From NCBI GenBank assembly GCA_963811145.1, contig CAWEQC010000003.1, forward strand, positions 674,897 to 738,896: DNA of 64,000 bases. The letters run 5' to 3'. The translations under genes and the position numbers were made by a program. Below the pieces are notes generated by a model. The model was not told the origin of the DNA, ran no database searches, and saw only the letters and a list, made by a program, of their open reading frames with translations. Numbering within the stretch: position 1 is the first letter of the stretch; the number at the start of each line of letters is the position of its first letter. Origin of the DNA: an uncultured Chloroflexia bacterium (GTDB lineage Bacteria; Chloroflexota; Limnocylindria; QHBO01). Below, piece by piece: positions 1 to 9,097 of this stretch.

Positions 1-270
1 TCACGTGGCCCGGTCGTGGATCCGGCAGCGCTCGAGGCTGCGCTGCGCGACGGTCAGATCTTCGCTGCCGGGCTGGACGTCACGGAGCCCGAGCCGCTGC
101 CCGCCGACCATCCACTGGTGGCGCTGCCGAACTGCATCATCGTGCCGCATATCGCATCGGCCTCGCGGATCACCCGCGATCGCATGGCCGAGATGGCAGC
201 CGCCAATCTGCTTGCGGGACTGCGCGGTGACCGACTCCCGACGCCGATCAATCCCGAGGTCTACGAGTAG
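1..270 (+). CDS. C-terminal fragment of a D-isomer-specific 2-hydroxyacid dehydrogenase (glyoxylate/hydroxypyruvate reductase-like); the 5' end lies outside the window
   Basis: ORF 16..270 extends in frame to position 1. The C-terminal NAD-binding/catalytic region (GLDVTEPEP...VPHIASAS) is typical of this family. Confidence 0.55.
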   Translation, partial: SRGPVVDPAALEAALRDGQIFAAGLDVTEPEPLPADHPLVALPNCIIVPHIASASRITRDRMAEMAAANLLAGLRGDRLPTPINPEVYE

Positions 271-511
271 CGTGCCCGAGACCCGCCTGAAGCTCCCTGA
301 CCTTTCGCAGCCGCATCGCTACGAGCACCGCACGCCGAGGCGCCCGTCGCACCTGCCGAAGCGGCTCACGCCGCCGCCGGAGCGGGGCGAGCCTCCCGAC
401 CTGACGCTCTTCCTCTATGCGGGGATCGTGCTGGCCGTGATCCTGGCCATCCTGGCCATCCCGTACATCATCGGCTACCTGTTCGAGGTGGCGCTCTAGA
501 CGGCCGTCGGG

Positions 512-1306
512 TCAGGCCTGCGCGGTCCAGACCAGGATCGCCCCGTCCTGCACCTTCACGGCGGGCCGGACGAGATCGGGGAGCTGGATCGGGTAGGCCC
601 GCGCATCCCCGGGGTACGGATTGTCCCGCCAGGTACGTCGCCCGTTCGCCAGCTGCCCGGCGAGGTCGAAGCTCGCGCCGTGGCACGGGCAGCGCAGGTC
701 CTGCCACTCCGGCCGGTAGTGGAGCGTGCAGCCCATGTGGGTGCAGACCGATGAGAGGGCCCTGATCTCGCCCTCGTCGTTGACCACGAAGCCATCGAAC
801 GCCGCGGTTGAGAAGCGAGCCGCGGCGCCGGGCGGCAGTGCGGCCACCGTTGCGACCTCGACCCAGAAACCCTCGCCCGCGACGAGGTCGTCGTCACCTC
901 CCAGGGTTGGCGTGTCGGCCCGCTGCCGCTGCGCCACCGAGACCCCGATGAGCCCCGCGGCGAGGCCCGCCGCCGCGCCGATCCCGCCCTGCAGCAGCTG
1001 GCGTCGCGTCAGGCGCCATGTCCGCTGCCCGCCCGGCAGCGCGGCACGCTCACGCACCGGGGGTGGGACCTGGACGGTGGCGATACCCGCGTCGGCGGCG
1101 CGCATCCGCAGACGAAGCTGTTCGACGAAGGCGGGGTCCGGATCCGCGCCCTCGGACGGCGTGGCACCGGCGATCTCGGCCGCCAGGCGCGCCATCTCCG
1201 CCTCGTCCCCGCTCGCGACGTCCTCGGGGGATGGGCGGCCGTTGGCCAGCAGCGCGTCGAGGTAACGCTCGAACCGTTCTGCTCTCGGGTCGCGCTCGTC
1301 AGCCAT
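512..1306 (-). CDS. Membrane anti-sigma factor-like protein with a C-terminal Rieske [2Fe-2S] domain
   Basis: The N-terminal ~100 aa are acidic and cytoplasmic. A twin-arginine-like segment (TRRQLLQGGIGAAAGLAAGL) follows, then Rieske motifs CTHMGC ... CPCHGA. The start overlaps the upstream ECF sigma stop by 8 nt. Confidence 0.6.
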   Translation of the reverse strand: MADERDPRAERFERYLDALLANGRPSPEDVASGDEAEMARLAAEIAGATPSEGADPDPAFVEQLRLRMRAADAGIATVQVPPPVRERAALPGGQRTWRLTRRQLLQGGIGAAAGLAAGLIGVSVAQRQRADTPTLGGDDDLVAGEGFWVEVATVAALPPGAAARFSTAAFDGFVVNDEGEIRALSSVCTHMGCTLHYRPEWQDLRCPCHGASFDLAGQLANGRRTWRDNPYPGDARAYPIQLPDLVRPAVKVQDGAILVWTAQA

Positions 1307-1817
1307 CGGTGGTCTCTCCGATCAGCGCCGCCTTGCGCAGTGCACGGTACTGCAGCACCTTCGCGTTGCCGCTCGTGATTCCCATCGCCTGCGCGGTCTC
1401 GGCGACGGTCATGCGCTGCAGGAAGCGCAGCTCGAGGACGCGACGGTATCGGTCGGGGAGGTTGCCGAGCAGAGCGTGGACCCGGACGGAGGCGCCGTCG
1501 TCGGGCACCGCCTGGCGCTGCGCCCCGTCGTCAGCGGGCTCCCAGCCCGGCGCCACGTGATCGACGCCGACGAGGGGCAGGCGGTAGAAGGCACGCCAAT
1601 GGTCGGCGATCGCGTTCTGCGCGACCCGGTAGAGCCACGCGGCGATCTGGCCGGGCTCGCGCCCGGTGTCGAGCTGCTCCACGGCTCTCACGAAGACCTG
1701 TGCGGTCAGGTCCTCGGCGTCCGGACGGTTGCCGACCCGCGCATAGACGAACCGGTAGATGCCCACCACGTGCTGGTCGTAGACCTGCTCGAACGGACCC
1801 GGACCGGAGGTGGACAT
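1299..1817 (-). CDS. ECF (sigma-70 family) RNA polymerase sigma factor
   Basis: Region 2 (YRFVYARVGNRPDAEDLTAQVF) and region 4 (ELRFLQRMTVAETAQAMGITSGNAKV) are both present. It is coupled to the downstream anti-sigma ORF. Confidence 0.8.
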   Translation of the reverse strand: MSTSGPGPFEQVYDQHVVGIYRFVYARVGNRPDAEDLTAQVFVRAVEQLDTGREPGQIAAWLYRVAQNAIADHWRAFYRLPLVGVDHVAPGWEPADDGAQRQAVPDDGASVRVHALLGNLPDRYRRVLELRFLQRMTVAETAQAMGITSGNAKVLQYRALRKAALIGETTDG

Positions 1818-1841
1818 GTCACCGATGCGTTACGCGACCGG

Positions 1842-2331
1842 TTACGGCCGCGGTCGCAACGGTGCGAGGAAGGCCGCGATCTCCTCCAGGAAGCGGGCGT
1901 CGGTCGCGTTGAAGGCGTCCGGATCGGTGCCGTCGATGTCGATCTCGCCGATGACCTCGCCACCTTCGAAGATCGGCACGACGATCTCGCTCTTCGTGCT
2001 GGCGAAGCACGCGAGGTATCGCGGATCGGCGGCCACGTCGCCAACGATCTCGGTCCGGCCGGACTCGGCAGCGGCGCCGCAGACGCCGGTCCCGATCGGG
2101 ATCCGCGTGTGCTCGGTGGCCTGTGGCCCGGTCCACGGGCCAAGGGCGAGATCACGGCCATCGACCCAGTAGATGCCGACCCAGTCATACGACGGGAATC
2201 GGTCGTGGAGCAGGTCGACCACGCGTTGCGCTGCCGCCTCCGGCCCGGCGGCTTCGGCGATGGCCGCGCGCACTCCGTTCAGGGCGTCGCCGTGCACGGC
2301 CGGCCGTTCCTCTGCGACCGGATGGCTCACT
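1842..2331 (-). CDS. GAF domain protein (free methionine-R-sulfoxide reductase-like)
   Basis: The C-terminal 160 aa (YDWVGIYW...GTGVCG...EIVVPIF) match a GAF/fRMsr fold. The likely GTG start at 2331 overlaps the HxlR stop as GTGA. The longer ORF to 2624 is probably a non-coding extension. Confidence 0.55.
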
Positions 2332-2704
2332 GGCGCGCCGCCCAGCGCTCGGCCCAGCGGTCGATTCCGTTGATCGCGGCCCGCAGGTCGCTGCCCTTGG
2401 CAGTCAGCGAGTACTCGACCCACGGCGGCACCGCACTGATGGCACGTCGCTCGATGAGGCCCTCGTCCTCGAGCAGCTTCAGCCGCTGCGACAGGGTGGC
2501 CGAGTTCGCGCCCCCCAGGGCGTCCTGGAGCTCGCAGAACCGCTCCGTACGCTCGCCAAGGACGCGGATGATGCGCATCACCCACTTCTGGCCGAGCACG
2601 TTGAGCGCCGCGGTCGCCGCGCATTCAGCGCGCTGCGCTTCCGCGCGCCGAGCGGCGCGCGAGCGCGTGACCGCGGGGGTCGGTTGGGGCAGTCCGGCGT
2701 CCAT
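2327..2704 (-). CDS. HxlR-family winged-helix transcriptional regulator
   Basis: It is 125 aa and carries the HxlR signature (LNVLGQKWVMRIIRVL...RFCELQDALGGANSATLSQRLKLLEDEGLIERR...VEYSLTAKG). Confidence 0.7.
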   Translation of the reverse strand: MDAGLPQPTPAVTRSRAARRAEAQRAECAATAALNVLGQKWVMRIIRVLGERTERFCELQDALGGANSATLSQRLKLLEDEGLIERRAISAVPPWVEYSLTAKGSDLRAAINGIDRWAERWAARQ

Positions 2705-2754
2705 CAGGACGCGAACCCTAGCACCGCCGCCCGCGACCGATCAACCGGGGGTCG

Positions 2755-3135
2755 CTAGCCCTCGACCGTGATCGTCATGTTCATGCTCGGGTGGATCTTG
2801 CAGGTGATGTGGAAGGTTCCGGCCTCGTCGAAGCTCACGACGACGTCGGCGCCTCCGGCCTGGTCAACGATCGGGTTGTCGACCGGCTCGCCGTCCGTTC
2901 CTTCGGTGACCGTGTGGCCACTGGTATCGGTGAAGGTCACCGTGGTGCCGACCGGGATCGTCAGTGTCGAAGGCGTGAACGTCCGGCCCGCCAGCGAGAC
3001 CGTCTCGCCGGTGTCGCTGCCATCACCACCACCACCACCCGCGTCGGAGCTTTGAGTCGCGGCGCTGCATGCCCCGAGGACGAGGACGAGCGTCGCCAGC
3101 AGGCTGAGCAGCGGCATGGCTCGGCGTCGGTTCAA
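2755..3135 (-). CDS. Cupredoxin (plastocyanin/azurin-like) blue-copper lipoprotein
   Basis: It has a lipoprotein signal (LVLGAC). The type-1 copper ligands are H...C-x2-H-x4-M (GTFHITCKIHPSMNMTITV). Confidence 0.7.
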   Translation of the reverse strand: MNRRRAMPLLSLLATLVLVLGACSAATQSSDAGGGGGDGSDTGETVSLAGRTFTPSTLTIPVGTTVTFTDTSGHTVTEGTDGEPVDNPIVDQAGGADVVVSFDEAGTFHITCKIHPSMNMTITVEG

Positions 3136-3231
3136 GATCTGCCTCCTTCAAATCCCCCAAACTGGTCAGCGGCCGGGCACCCGCCGAACAAGCGCCCCTG
3201 ATGGACTGCAGCAGAGTCCATGCCGGTTGGA

Positions 3232-3666
3232 TCAGGCCTCGACCGTGATCGTCAGGTTCATCGACGGGTGGATCTTGCAGGTGATGTGGTAGGTGCCCGG
3301 CTCGTCGAAGGTGAAGCTGGTCGAGCCGTTCTGCTGGAGCTCCTCGTCGATGATCGGGTCCTCGACGGCCGTCCCGTCGGTGCCCTCTGTCACGGTGTGG
3401 GCCGCACTGTCGGCATTCACGAACGTGACCTCGGTTCCGGCGGCGATGGTCAGCTCCTCGGGATCGAACGCAAACTGGCTGAGACGAACGGTCTCGGTCG
3501 CATCGGCCGCCTCGGATGGCGCGGCCGGCTCGCTCTCCGCCTGGGTGGCCGGCGGGCTCTCGGCCTGGCTCGGCTCTGTGCTGGTGGACGGCGTCGTGCC
3601 GCTGCAGGCGGCGAGCAGCGCGATGAGCCCGACGATCAGGGCGGGGAGGAAACGGGATCGATGCAT
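3232..3666 (-). CDS. Cupredoxin blue-copper lipoprotein, paralog of 2755..3135
   Basis: It has a lipoprotein signal (LLAACSG), a Pro/Glu/Ser-rich linker, and the same copper site (GTYHITCKIHPSMNLTITV). Confidence 0.7.
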   Translation of the reverse strand: MHRSRFLPALIVGLIALLAACSGTTPSTSTEPSQAESPPATQAESEPAAPSEAADATETVRLSQFAFDPEELTIAAGTEVTFVNADSAAHTVTEGTDGTAVEDPIIDEELQQNGSTSFTFDEPGTYHITCKIHPSMNLTITVEA

Positions 3667-3794
3667 CTGGCGAATCTGCTCCTGGTGGTGTGGCTGTTTG
3701 AGGACACCGGTCCGTACGGTACCCGTTACGCGGCACCATCATTTGACGCCCATCGGAGCGGCCCGCATAGTGCGTTGGCCCACCTTCGCCCCGC

Positions 3795-4577
3795 GTGTCG
3801 AGCATGCCGCAGACCACGATCTACGTGTCGCCCCGCTCCCTCGGGGCACCTGATACGCGCCCGCCGGCGGTCGCAACGGTCGACCTCGCCCGCCTCTTCG
3901 CGGGCAGCCCCGCGCTCGCCGGTGTCTCGCTGCGCGTCGAAGCCGGGCGGACCGTGGCGCTGCTCGGGCCGAATGGTGCCGGAAAGACGACCCTGCTGCG
4001 GCTGCTGGCCACGGCCATCCGGCCATCGTACGGTCGAGCGAGCGTGGACGGCTTCGACCTCGACCGCGACGCGGCGCTCGTCAGGGAGCGGGTCGCCTAC
4101 CTGTCACACGCCACCGGGCTCTACGACGACCTCTCGGCACGGGAGAATCTGCGCTTCGCGGCCGTCATGCTGGCGACTCCGGACCCGGCGGCTCGAGTCG
4201 AGCGGGCGTTGGCCGACGTCGGGTTGGCCGACCGAGCGACCGACCGCGTGCGTGACTTCTCGGCCGGCATGCGCAAGCGGCTGGCGCTGGGCCGGATGCT
4301 GCTCGGCTCGGCGTCGCTCGTCCTGCTCGACGAGCCGTACGCGGCCCTGGACGGCGACGGCATGGGCCTCGTCGACGAGCTGCTCGTTGCCTGGCGGGAG
4401 GTCGGGGTCACCGTCGTGATCGCCTCGCACAGCACGGAACGGTTCGACGCGCTGCTGGACGGCCGGGTGACGCTCGAGCGCGGGCTGGTGCTCGAGGTGA
4501 GCGGGGCGGGTGTCAGCAGTGCGCCGCCGTCACTCGCCGAGGATCCGAGGCCGTCGGTGGTTGGTGCCACCCGATGA
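3795..4577 (+). CDS. ccmA: Heme exporter ATP-binding protein CcmA; the start may be an internal GTG
   Basis: Walker A is GPNGAGKTT and the ABC signature is present. It is followed directly by ccmB with a 4-nt overlap. Confidence 0.7.
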   Translation: MSSMPQTTIYVSPRSLGAPDTRPPAVATVDLARLFAGSPALAGVSLRVEAGRTVALLGPNGAGKTTLLRLLATAIRPSYGRASVDGFDLDRDAALVRERVAYLSHATGLYDDLSARENLRFAAVMLATPDPAARVERALADVGLADRATDRVRDFSAGMRKRLALGRMLLGSASLVLLDEPYAALDGDGMGLVDELLVAWREVGVTVVIASHSTERFDALLDGRVTLERGLVLEVSGAGVSSAPPSLAEDPRPSVVGATR

Positions 4578-5266
4578 GCGCCCTACGCAGCGAGGCGCGG
4601 ATCGCGCTGGCCGTCGCTCGCAAGGACGCGCTGGCCGAGCTCCGCGGGCGCCACGCCACGGTGAGCACGCTCTTCTTCGCGGCGGTGGTCCTGCTCCTCT
4701 TCGGCTTCGCGCTCGGCCCCGATGCCGCCCGGCTTGCGGCCGCCGCCCCCGGCCTGCTCTGGCTGGCGGTCGTGTTCGCGGGCATCCTTGCCGTCAACCG
4801 CCTCCACCTGCTCGAGACCGATGATGGCGCACTCGAGCAGCTCGCCCTCTACCCGGTGCCGCGCCGGGCCATCTATGCGGGGAAGGCCATCGGCGGCTTC
4901 GCGGTGATGCTCCTGCTCGGTCTCGTCGTGCTCGGCGCCGTCGGCGTCCTGTTCGCCGTCGACATCGCGTCGGCCTGGCTGCCGCTGCTGGTGACGATCG
5001 TCCTGGGAGCTGCCGGCGTGGCGGCGGTCGGCACGTTCTACGCCGGCGTCACGGTACGGCTGCGCGCGCGCGAGGTCATGCTCCCGCTCCTCATGCTGCC
5101 GGTGCTCGCGCCGCTCCTGCTCGGCGCGGTGAAGGCCACGTCAGCCGCGCTGGCCGGCGATCCGTTCGGCGAGCTGGGGGCATGGCTGCAGCTGCTCGTT
5201 GCCTTCGACGTGATCATGATCGTCGCGGGCGCGGCGACCTATGGCTACCTGCTGGAGGATGGATGA
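4574..5266 (+). CDS. ccmB: Heme exporter permease CcmB
   Basis: It has a 6-TM CcmB-like profile. Its start and stop overlap ccmA and ccmC. Confidence 0.7.
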   Translation: MSALRSEARIALAVARKDALAELRGRHATVSTLFFAAVVLLLFGFALGPDAARLAAAAPGLLWLAVVFAGILAVNRLHLLETDDGALEQLALYPVPRRAIYAGKAIGGFAVMLLLGLVVLGAVGVLFAVDIASAWLPLLVTIVLGAAGVAAVGTFYAGVTVRLRAREVMLPLLMLPVLAPLLLGAVKATSAALAGDPFGELGAWLQLLVAFDVIMIVAGAATYGYLLEDG

Positions 5267-5976
5267 AGACCCGGATCCTCGGTTTCGTCGCGCTCGGCGC
5301 CGTGGTCGCGGTCACGCTCGTCGCCCTCTTCGTGGTCCCGCCGGACCGGAACCAGGGTGACGCCCAACGGATCATGTACCCGCACGTCGCATCGGCATGG
5401 CTCGCCTACCTGTCGTTCGGGGTGACGGCGCTGGCCGGCATCGGCTGGCTCTGGAAGCGCGACCTTCGCTTCGACGCGGTGGCGCACGCCGCCGCTGAGA
5501 TCGGCGTGGTGTTCACCGCCTTCGCCATCTGGGGCGGGATGATGTGGGGCCGTCCGATCTGGGGCGTCTTCTGGCAGTGGGAGGACCCGCGTCTCACCAC
5601 CACCGCCCTCCTCCTGGCGCTCTACATCGGCTACCTGCTCCTCCGACGCCTGACCGATGATCCCGAGCGCCGCGCGACGCGCGCCGCGATCGTCGGGATC
5701 GTCGCCGCGGTCGACATCCCGATCGTCCACTTCAGCGTCGAATGGTGGCGCGGCCTGCACCAGACGGCCACCATCGCTTCTCCCGACCGGGTGCTCAACC
5801 CGGCCGCGCCGATGCAGTTCGTTGGGACGCTGCTCGGCACGGTCGGCGCATTCACGCTGGCATGGCTGTACCTGATGATCCGTCGCTACCAGCTCGCGCG
5901 CGCCGAGGTCGCGGCCGAGGAGGCCGTCCGCCTCGATCGGCTGATGAGCGCCCGATCGGCGCAGGCTGCCCGATGA
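5263..5976 (+). CDS. ccmC: Heme exporter protein CcmC
   Basis: It carries the WWD-type motif (WGVFWQWEDPRLTTT) and conserved His residues. ATG 5263 overlaps the ccmB stop as ATGA. Confidence 0.8.
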   Translation: MKTRILGFVALGAVVAVTLVALFVVPPDRNQGDAQRIMYPHVASAWLAYLSFGVTALAGIGWLWKRDLRFDAVAHAAAEIGVVFTAFAIWGGMMWGRPIWGVFWQWEDPRLTTTALLLALYIGYLLLRRLTDDPERRATRAAIVGIVAAVDIPIVHFSVEWWRGLHQTATIASPDRVLNPAAPMQFVGTLLGTVGAFTLAWLYLMIRRYQLARAEVAAEEAVRLDRLMSARSAQAAR

Positions 5977-6095
5977 CGGACGCCGGCTTCGTGATCGCGG
6001 CCTACGTGGTGATCATCGGCGGCCTGGCGGTGTACACCGTGACCCTCTGGCGCCGGCTGCGCGGAACACGCCGCCCGGACGACGAGGCGCGATGA
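5973..6095 (+). CDS. ccmD: Small single-TM protein CcmD-like
   Basis: It is 40 aa (MTDAGFVIAAYVVIIGGLAVYTVTLWRRLRG), sits between ccmC and ccmE, and shows ATGA overlaps on both sides. Confidence 0.5.
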   Translation: MTDAGFVIAAYVVIIGGLAVYTVTLWRRLRGTRRPDDEAR

Positions 6096-6556
6096 CGGTT
6101 GCTGCGCCTCCCGAGCCGATGCTGCCGCCGCCCCGGCGGCCCTGGGGAATCCTCGTGCTTGTCGCGGTCGTGCTCGTCGTCATCGGCTACCTGGCGTTCA
6201 GCAGCGTCGGCACCGCGCTCGTCTACTACCTCACGCCGACCGAGCTGCTGGCGCGAGGCGAGGCGGCGGTGGGCGAGACCGTCCGGCTCGGTGGCCTCGT
6301 CGAGGCGGGGAGCGTCAGCGGGCCGGCGACGGACCTGGCCTTCGTCGTCACCGACGGAGAGAACCGGATCGAGGTCCATTCGACCGTGGCACCGACCCGC
6401 TCGTTCCGCGAGGGGAGCGGCGCCGTCGTCGAGGGCAGCCTGCGGCAGGACGGCGTCTTCGAGGCAACCCAGGTGATCGTGAAGCACGACGAGAACTACG
6501 AGGTTCCAGCGTCGGGCGCGCAGCCGTCGGACAACTCGTTCATCCCGGGCGAATGA
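6092..6556 (+). CDS. ccmE: Heme chaperone CcmE
   Basis: It has an N-terminal TM anchor, an OB-fold, and the heme-binding region VKHDENY. Confidence 0.8.
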   Translation: MTVAAPPEPMLPPPRRPWGILVLVAVVLVVIGYLAFSSVGTALVYYLTPTELLARGEAAVGETVRLGGLVEAGSVSGPATDLAFVVTDGENRIEVHSTVAPTRSFREGSGAVVEGSLRQDGVFEATQVIVKHDENYEVPASGAQPSDNSFIPGE

Positions 6557-8562
6557 TCCCGAGCATCGGCCACGCGTCCGTCCTGGTGGGGCTGGGGCTG
6601 ACGGTCTACGCCGTCATCGCACACCTGCTCGCCGCCCGCGGCGGCGACCCTCGCCTCGCGATCAGCGGGCGTCGCGCCGTCATCGGCTCGTTCGTGGCCG
6701 CCGCCATCGGCTGTGGCGCCATGATTGCCTCGCTGCTGGCCCACGACTTCAGCGTCGGCTACGTGGCGGGCAACAACGCCACCACCACGCCGCCCTTCAT
6801 CAGCGTCATCAGCCTGTGGGCCGCGCTCGAGGGGTCGATCCTGTTCTGGACCCTGCTGGCCACCGGCTGGGCCTCGCTCGTGCTCGTTCGATACCGCGAT
6901 CGCCACCGGCAGCTCATGCCATGGGTCGGGGCCACCCTCGCGTCGGTCAATGCCTTCTTCTTCGCGGTCATGACCTGGCCCGGCAATCCTTTCGCGCTCA
7001 CCGCGCCGGCCGCCACGGAGGGGTCGGGACCGAACGCGCTGCTGCAGAACCACCCGTTCATGGCGCTCCATCCGCCGCTGCTGTATCTCGGCTACACCGG
7101 GCTGGCCATTCCGTTCGCGTTCGGGATCGCCGCGCTCGCAACGCGGCGCCTCGACGAGGAGTGGCTGCGCGTCGTGCGGCGCTGGACCCTCATCCCGTGG
7201 ACCTTCCTGACGCTCGGCATCGTTGCGGGCGCGTGGTGGAGCTACGAGGTGCTCGGCTGGGGCGGCTACTGGGCGTGGGACCCGGTCGAGAATGCCGCGC
7301 TGCTGCCCTGGCTGACGGCGACGGCGTTCCTGCACTCGGCGATGGTCGCCGAGCGGCGTGGCGGCCTCCGGATCTGGACCATCGCACTCGTCATCGCCAC
7401 CTTCGTGCTCACGCTGGTCGGCACGTTCCTGACTCGCTCGGGCGTCGTGGCCAGCGTGCACTCCTTCACCCAGTCGGCCATCGGTCCGTGGTTCCTCGGC
7501 GGCATCCTGGTCGCCCTCACCGGCTCGCTGACCCTGCTCGCCTGGCGCCTGCCTCAGCTGATCGGCGGCGGCCGGCCGTCGGGGACAGTCAGCCGCGAGT
7601 CGGCGTTCCTGCTCAACAACGTCCTCTTCCTCGGCATCACCTTCGCCGTGCTGTTCGGCACACTCCTGCCGCTCATCGTGGCGGGCACCAGCGGCGACAC
7701 GATCAGCGTCGGCGCACCCTGGTTCAACACCGTGACCGTGCCGATCTTCGTGGCGCTCCTCTTCCTCATGGGAGTCGGGCCAGCGCTGCCGTGGGGGACC
7801 GCGTCGTGGGCGACCGCGCGCGAGCGCTTCACCGTGCCGCTGCTCGTCGCCGTGGCGGTGACGATCGCGGCGCTCGCCCTCGGGCTGCGCGCGTGGGGTC
7901 CGCTCGGGACGCTGGGCCTTGCGTTCTTCGTGGGCGCGATCATGGTCGACGAGGTCGTGCGCGGAGCCCGCGCCCGAGCCCGCGGACGCCACGAGGATCC
8001 GGCCACGGCGACATGGCGGCTGGCGACGCGAAACCGGCGCCGATATGGCGGGTACGCGGTCCACGTCGGTGTCCTGGTGATGGCCGTCTCGGTCGCCGTC
8101 TCGACAGGGCTGGCGGAAGATCGCACGGTCACCCTCGCCCCGGGGGCGACGGCCACCATCGGCGACTACCAGGTCCGCCACGATCGGCTCGTGGTCGAGC
8201 CGCTGGCGAGCGACCCGCGGGTCATCGAGACGCGCGCCGAGGTCACCTACTCGGGACCGCAGAGCGGCTCGCTGGGCACCGCGCTGCGCGACTATCCGAA
8301 CTCGCAGGCCGCCATCGCCACCCCGGCCGTACGCAGCTCGCTCGGCGAGGACCTGTACGTGACGCTTCTCGCCTCCGATCCCGCCAGCGGCTCGGTGACG
8401 CTCCACCTGTTTGTGAACCCGCTCGTCGCCTGGATCTGGATCGGTGGCGCCATCGTGGCGGTTGGCGCAGTCTTCGCCGTCTGGCCCGAACGGCGGGCGC
8501 GCCGGGTGGTCGTCGAGCAACCTCAGCCGGCGCCCGCGACGCCATCGGTCGAAGGAGCCTGA
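6553..8562 (+). CDS. ccmF: Cytochrome c-type biogenesis protein CcmF (heme lyase)
   Basis: It is a 669-aa polytopic protein with WWD motif WGGYWAWDPVENAALLPWL. Confidence 0.85.
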   Translation: MIPSIGHASVLVGLGLTVYAVIAHLLAARGGDPRLAISGRRAVIGSFVAAAIGCGAMIASLLAHDFSVGYVAGNNATTTPPFISVISLWAALEGSILFWTLLATGWASLVLVRYRDRHRQLMPWVGATLASVNAFFFAVMTWPGNPFALTAPAATEGSGPNALLQNHPFMALHPPLLYLGYTGLAIPFAFGIAALATRRLDEEWLRVVRRWTLIPWTFLTLGIVAGAWWSYEVLGWGGYWAWDPVENAALLPWLTATAFLHSAMVAERRGGLRIWTIALVIATFVLTLVGTFLTRSGVVASVHSFTQSAIGPWFLGGILVALTGSLTLLAWRLPQLIGGGRPSGTVSRESAFLLNNVLFLGITFAVLFGTLLPLIVAGTSGDTISVGAPWFNTVTVPIFVALLFLMGVGPALPWGTASWATARERFTVPLLVAVAVTIAALALGLRAWGPLGTLGLAFFVGAIMVDEVVRGARARARGRHEDPATATWRLATRNRRRYGGYAVHVGVLVMAVSVAVSTGLAEDRTVTLAPGATATIGDYQVRHDRLVVEPLASDPRVIETRAEVTYSGPQSGSLGTALRDYPNSQAAIATPAVRSSLGEDLYVTLLASDPASGSVTLHLFVNPLVAWIWIGGAIVAVGAVFAVWPERRARRVVVEQPQPAPATPSVEGA

Positions 8563-8563
8563 G

Positions 8564-9097
8564 GTGCGACACCTGCGCTGGCTCATCGTCCCCCTGCTCG
8601 TCGTACCGCTCGGCTGGCTCCTGTTCAGCGGCTTCGGCCGAGACCCGCGGGAGGTCGCCTCTCCCCTCATCGGCCGCCCCGCGCCGTCGTGGACCCTGAC
8701 CTCCCTGGACGGCGAGACGCTGAGCAGCGAGGACCTGGCCGGTCGGCCGTACGTCGTGAACTTCTGGGCGAGCTATTGCATCCCGGCCTGCGTGGACGAG
8801 CATCCCGTGCTCGCCGCCGCCCACGAGCAGCACGGTGACGAGGTCGCGATCGTCGGCGTGCTCTTCAACGACACGGCCACCGACGGGGAGGGATTCCTTG
8901 CCCGTTACGGCGACGCCGGCTACCCGCAGCTCATCGACCCGGACGGGCGCCTGGCCATCGAGTTCGGCGTGACCGGGCCGCCCGAGAGCTACTTCGTCGA
9001 TGCCGATGGGCTCGTGCGCGCAAAGCAGTTCGGACCCCTGACCGATGCGCTCATGACCGAGCGCCTGGCGACCGTCCTCGGGAGCGCGAGCCGATGA
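8564..9097 (+). CDS. ccmG: Thiol:disulfide oxidoreductase CcmG/DsbE (thioredoxin fold)
   Basis: GTG start 8564 is 5 nt after RBS GAAGGAG. It has a signal anchor and active site WASYCIPAC. Confidence 0.75.
   Translation: MRHLRWLIVPLLVVPLGWLLFSGFGRDPREVASPLIGRPAPSWTLTSLDGETLSSEDLAGRPYVVNFWASYCIPACVDEHPVLAAAHEQHGDEVAIVGVLFNDTATDGEGFLARYGDAGYPQLIDPDGRLAIEFGVTGPPESYFVDADGLVRAKQFGPLTDALMTERLATVLGSASR

Noticed and set aside
1476-2771. 431-aa ORF on the plus strand spanning the GAF and HxlR genes
   Set aside because: It is antisense to two well-supported minus-strand genes. Its translation is Arg/Pro/Gly-rich low-complexity, typical of spurious ORFs in 70% GC DNA.
6496-8670. 724-aa minus-strand ORF, and the 627-aa plus-strand ORF 6816..8699, overlapping ccmF
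   Set aside because: They are alternative-frame and antisense artefacts of ccmF. Only the 6553..8562 frame carries the WWD motif and a TM profile.
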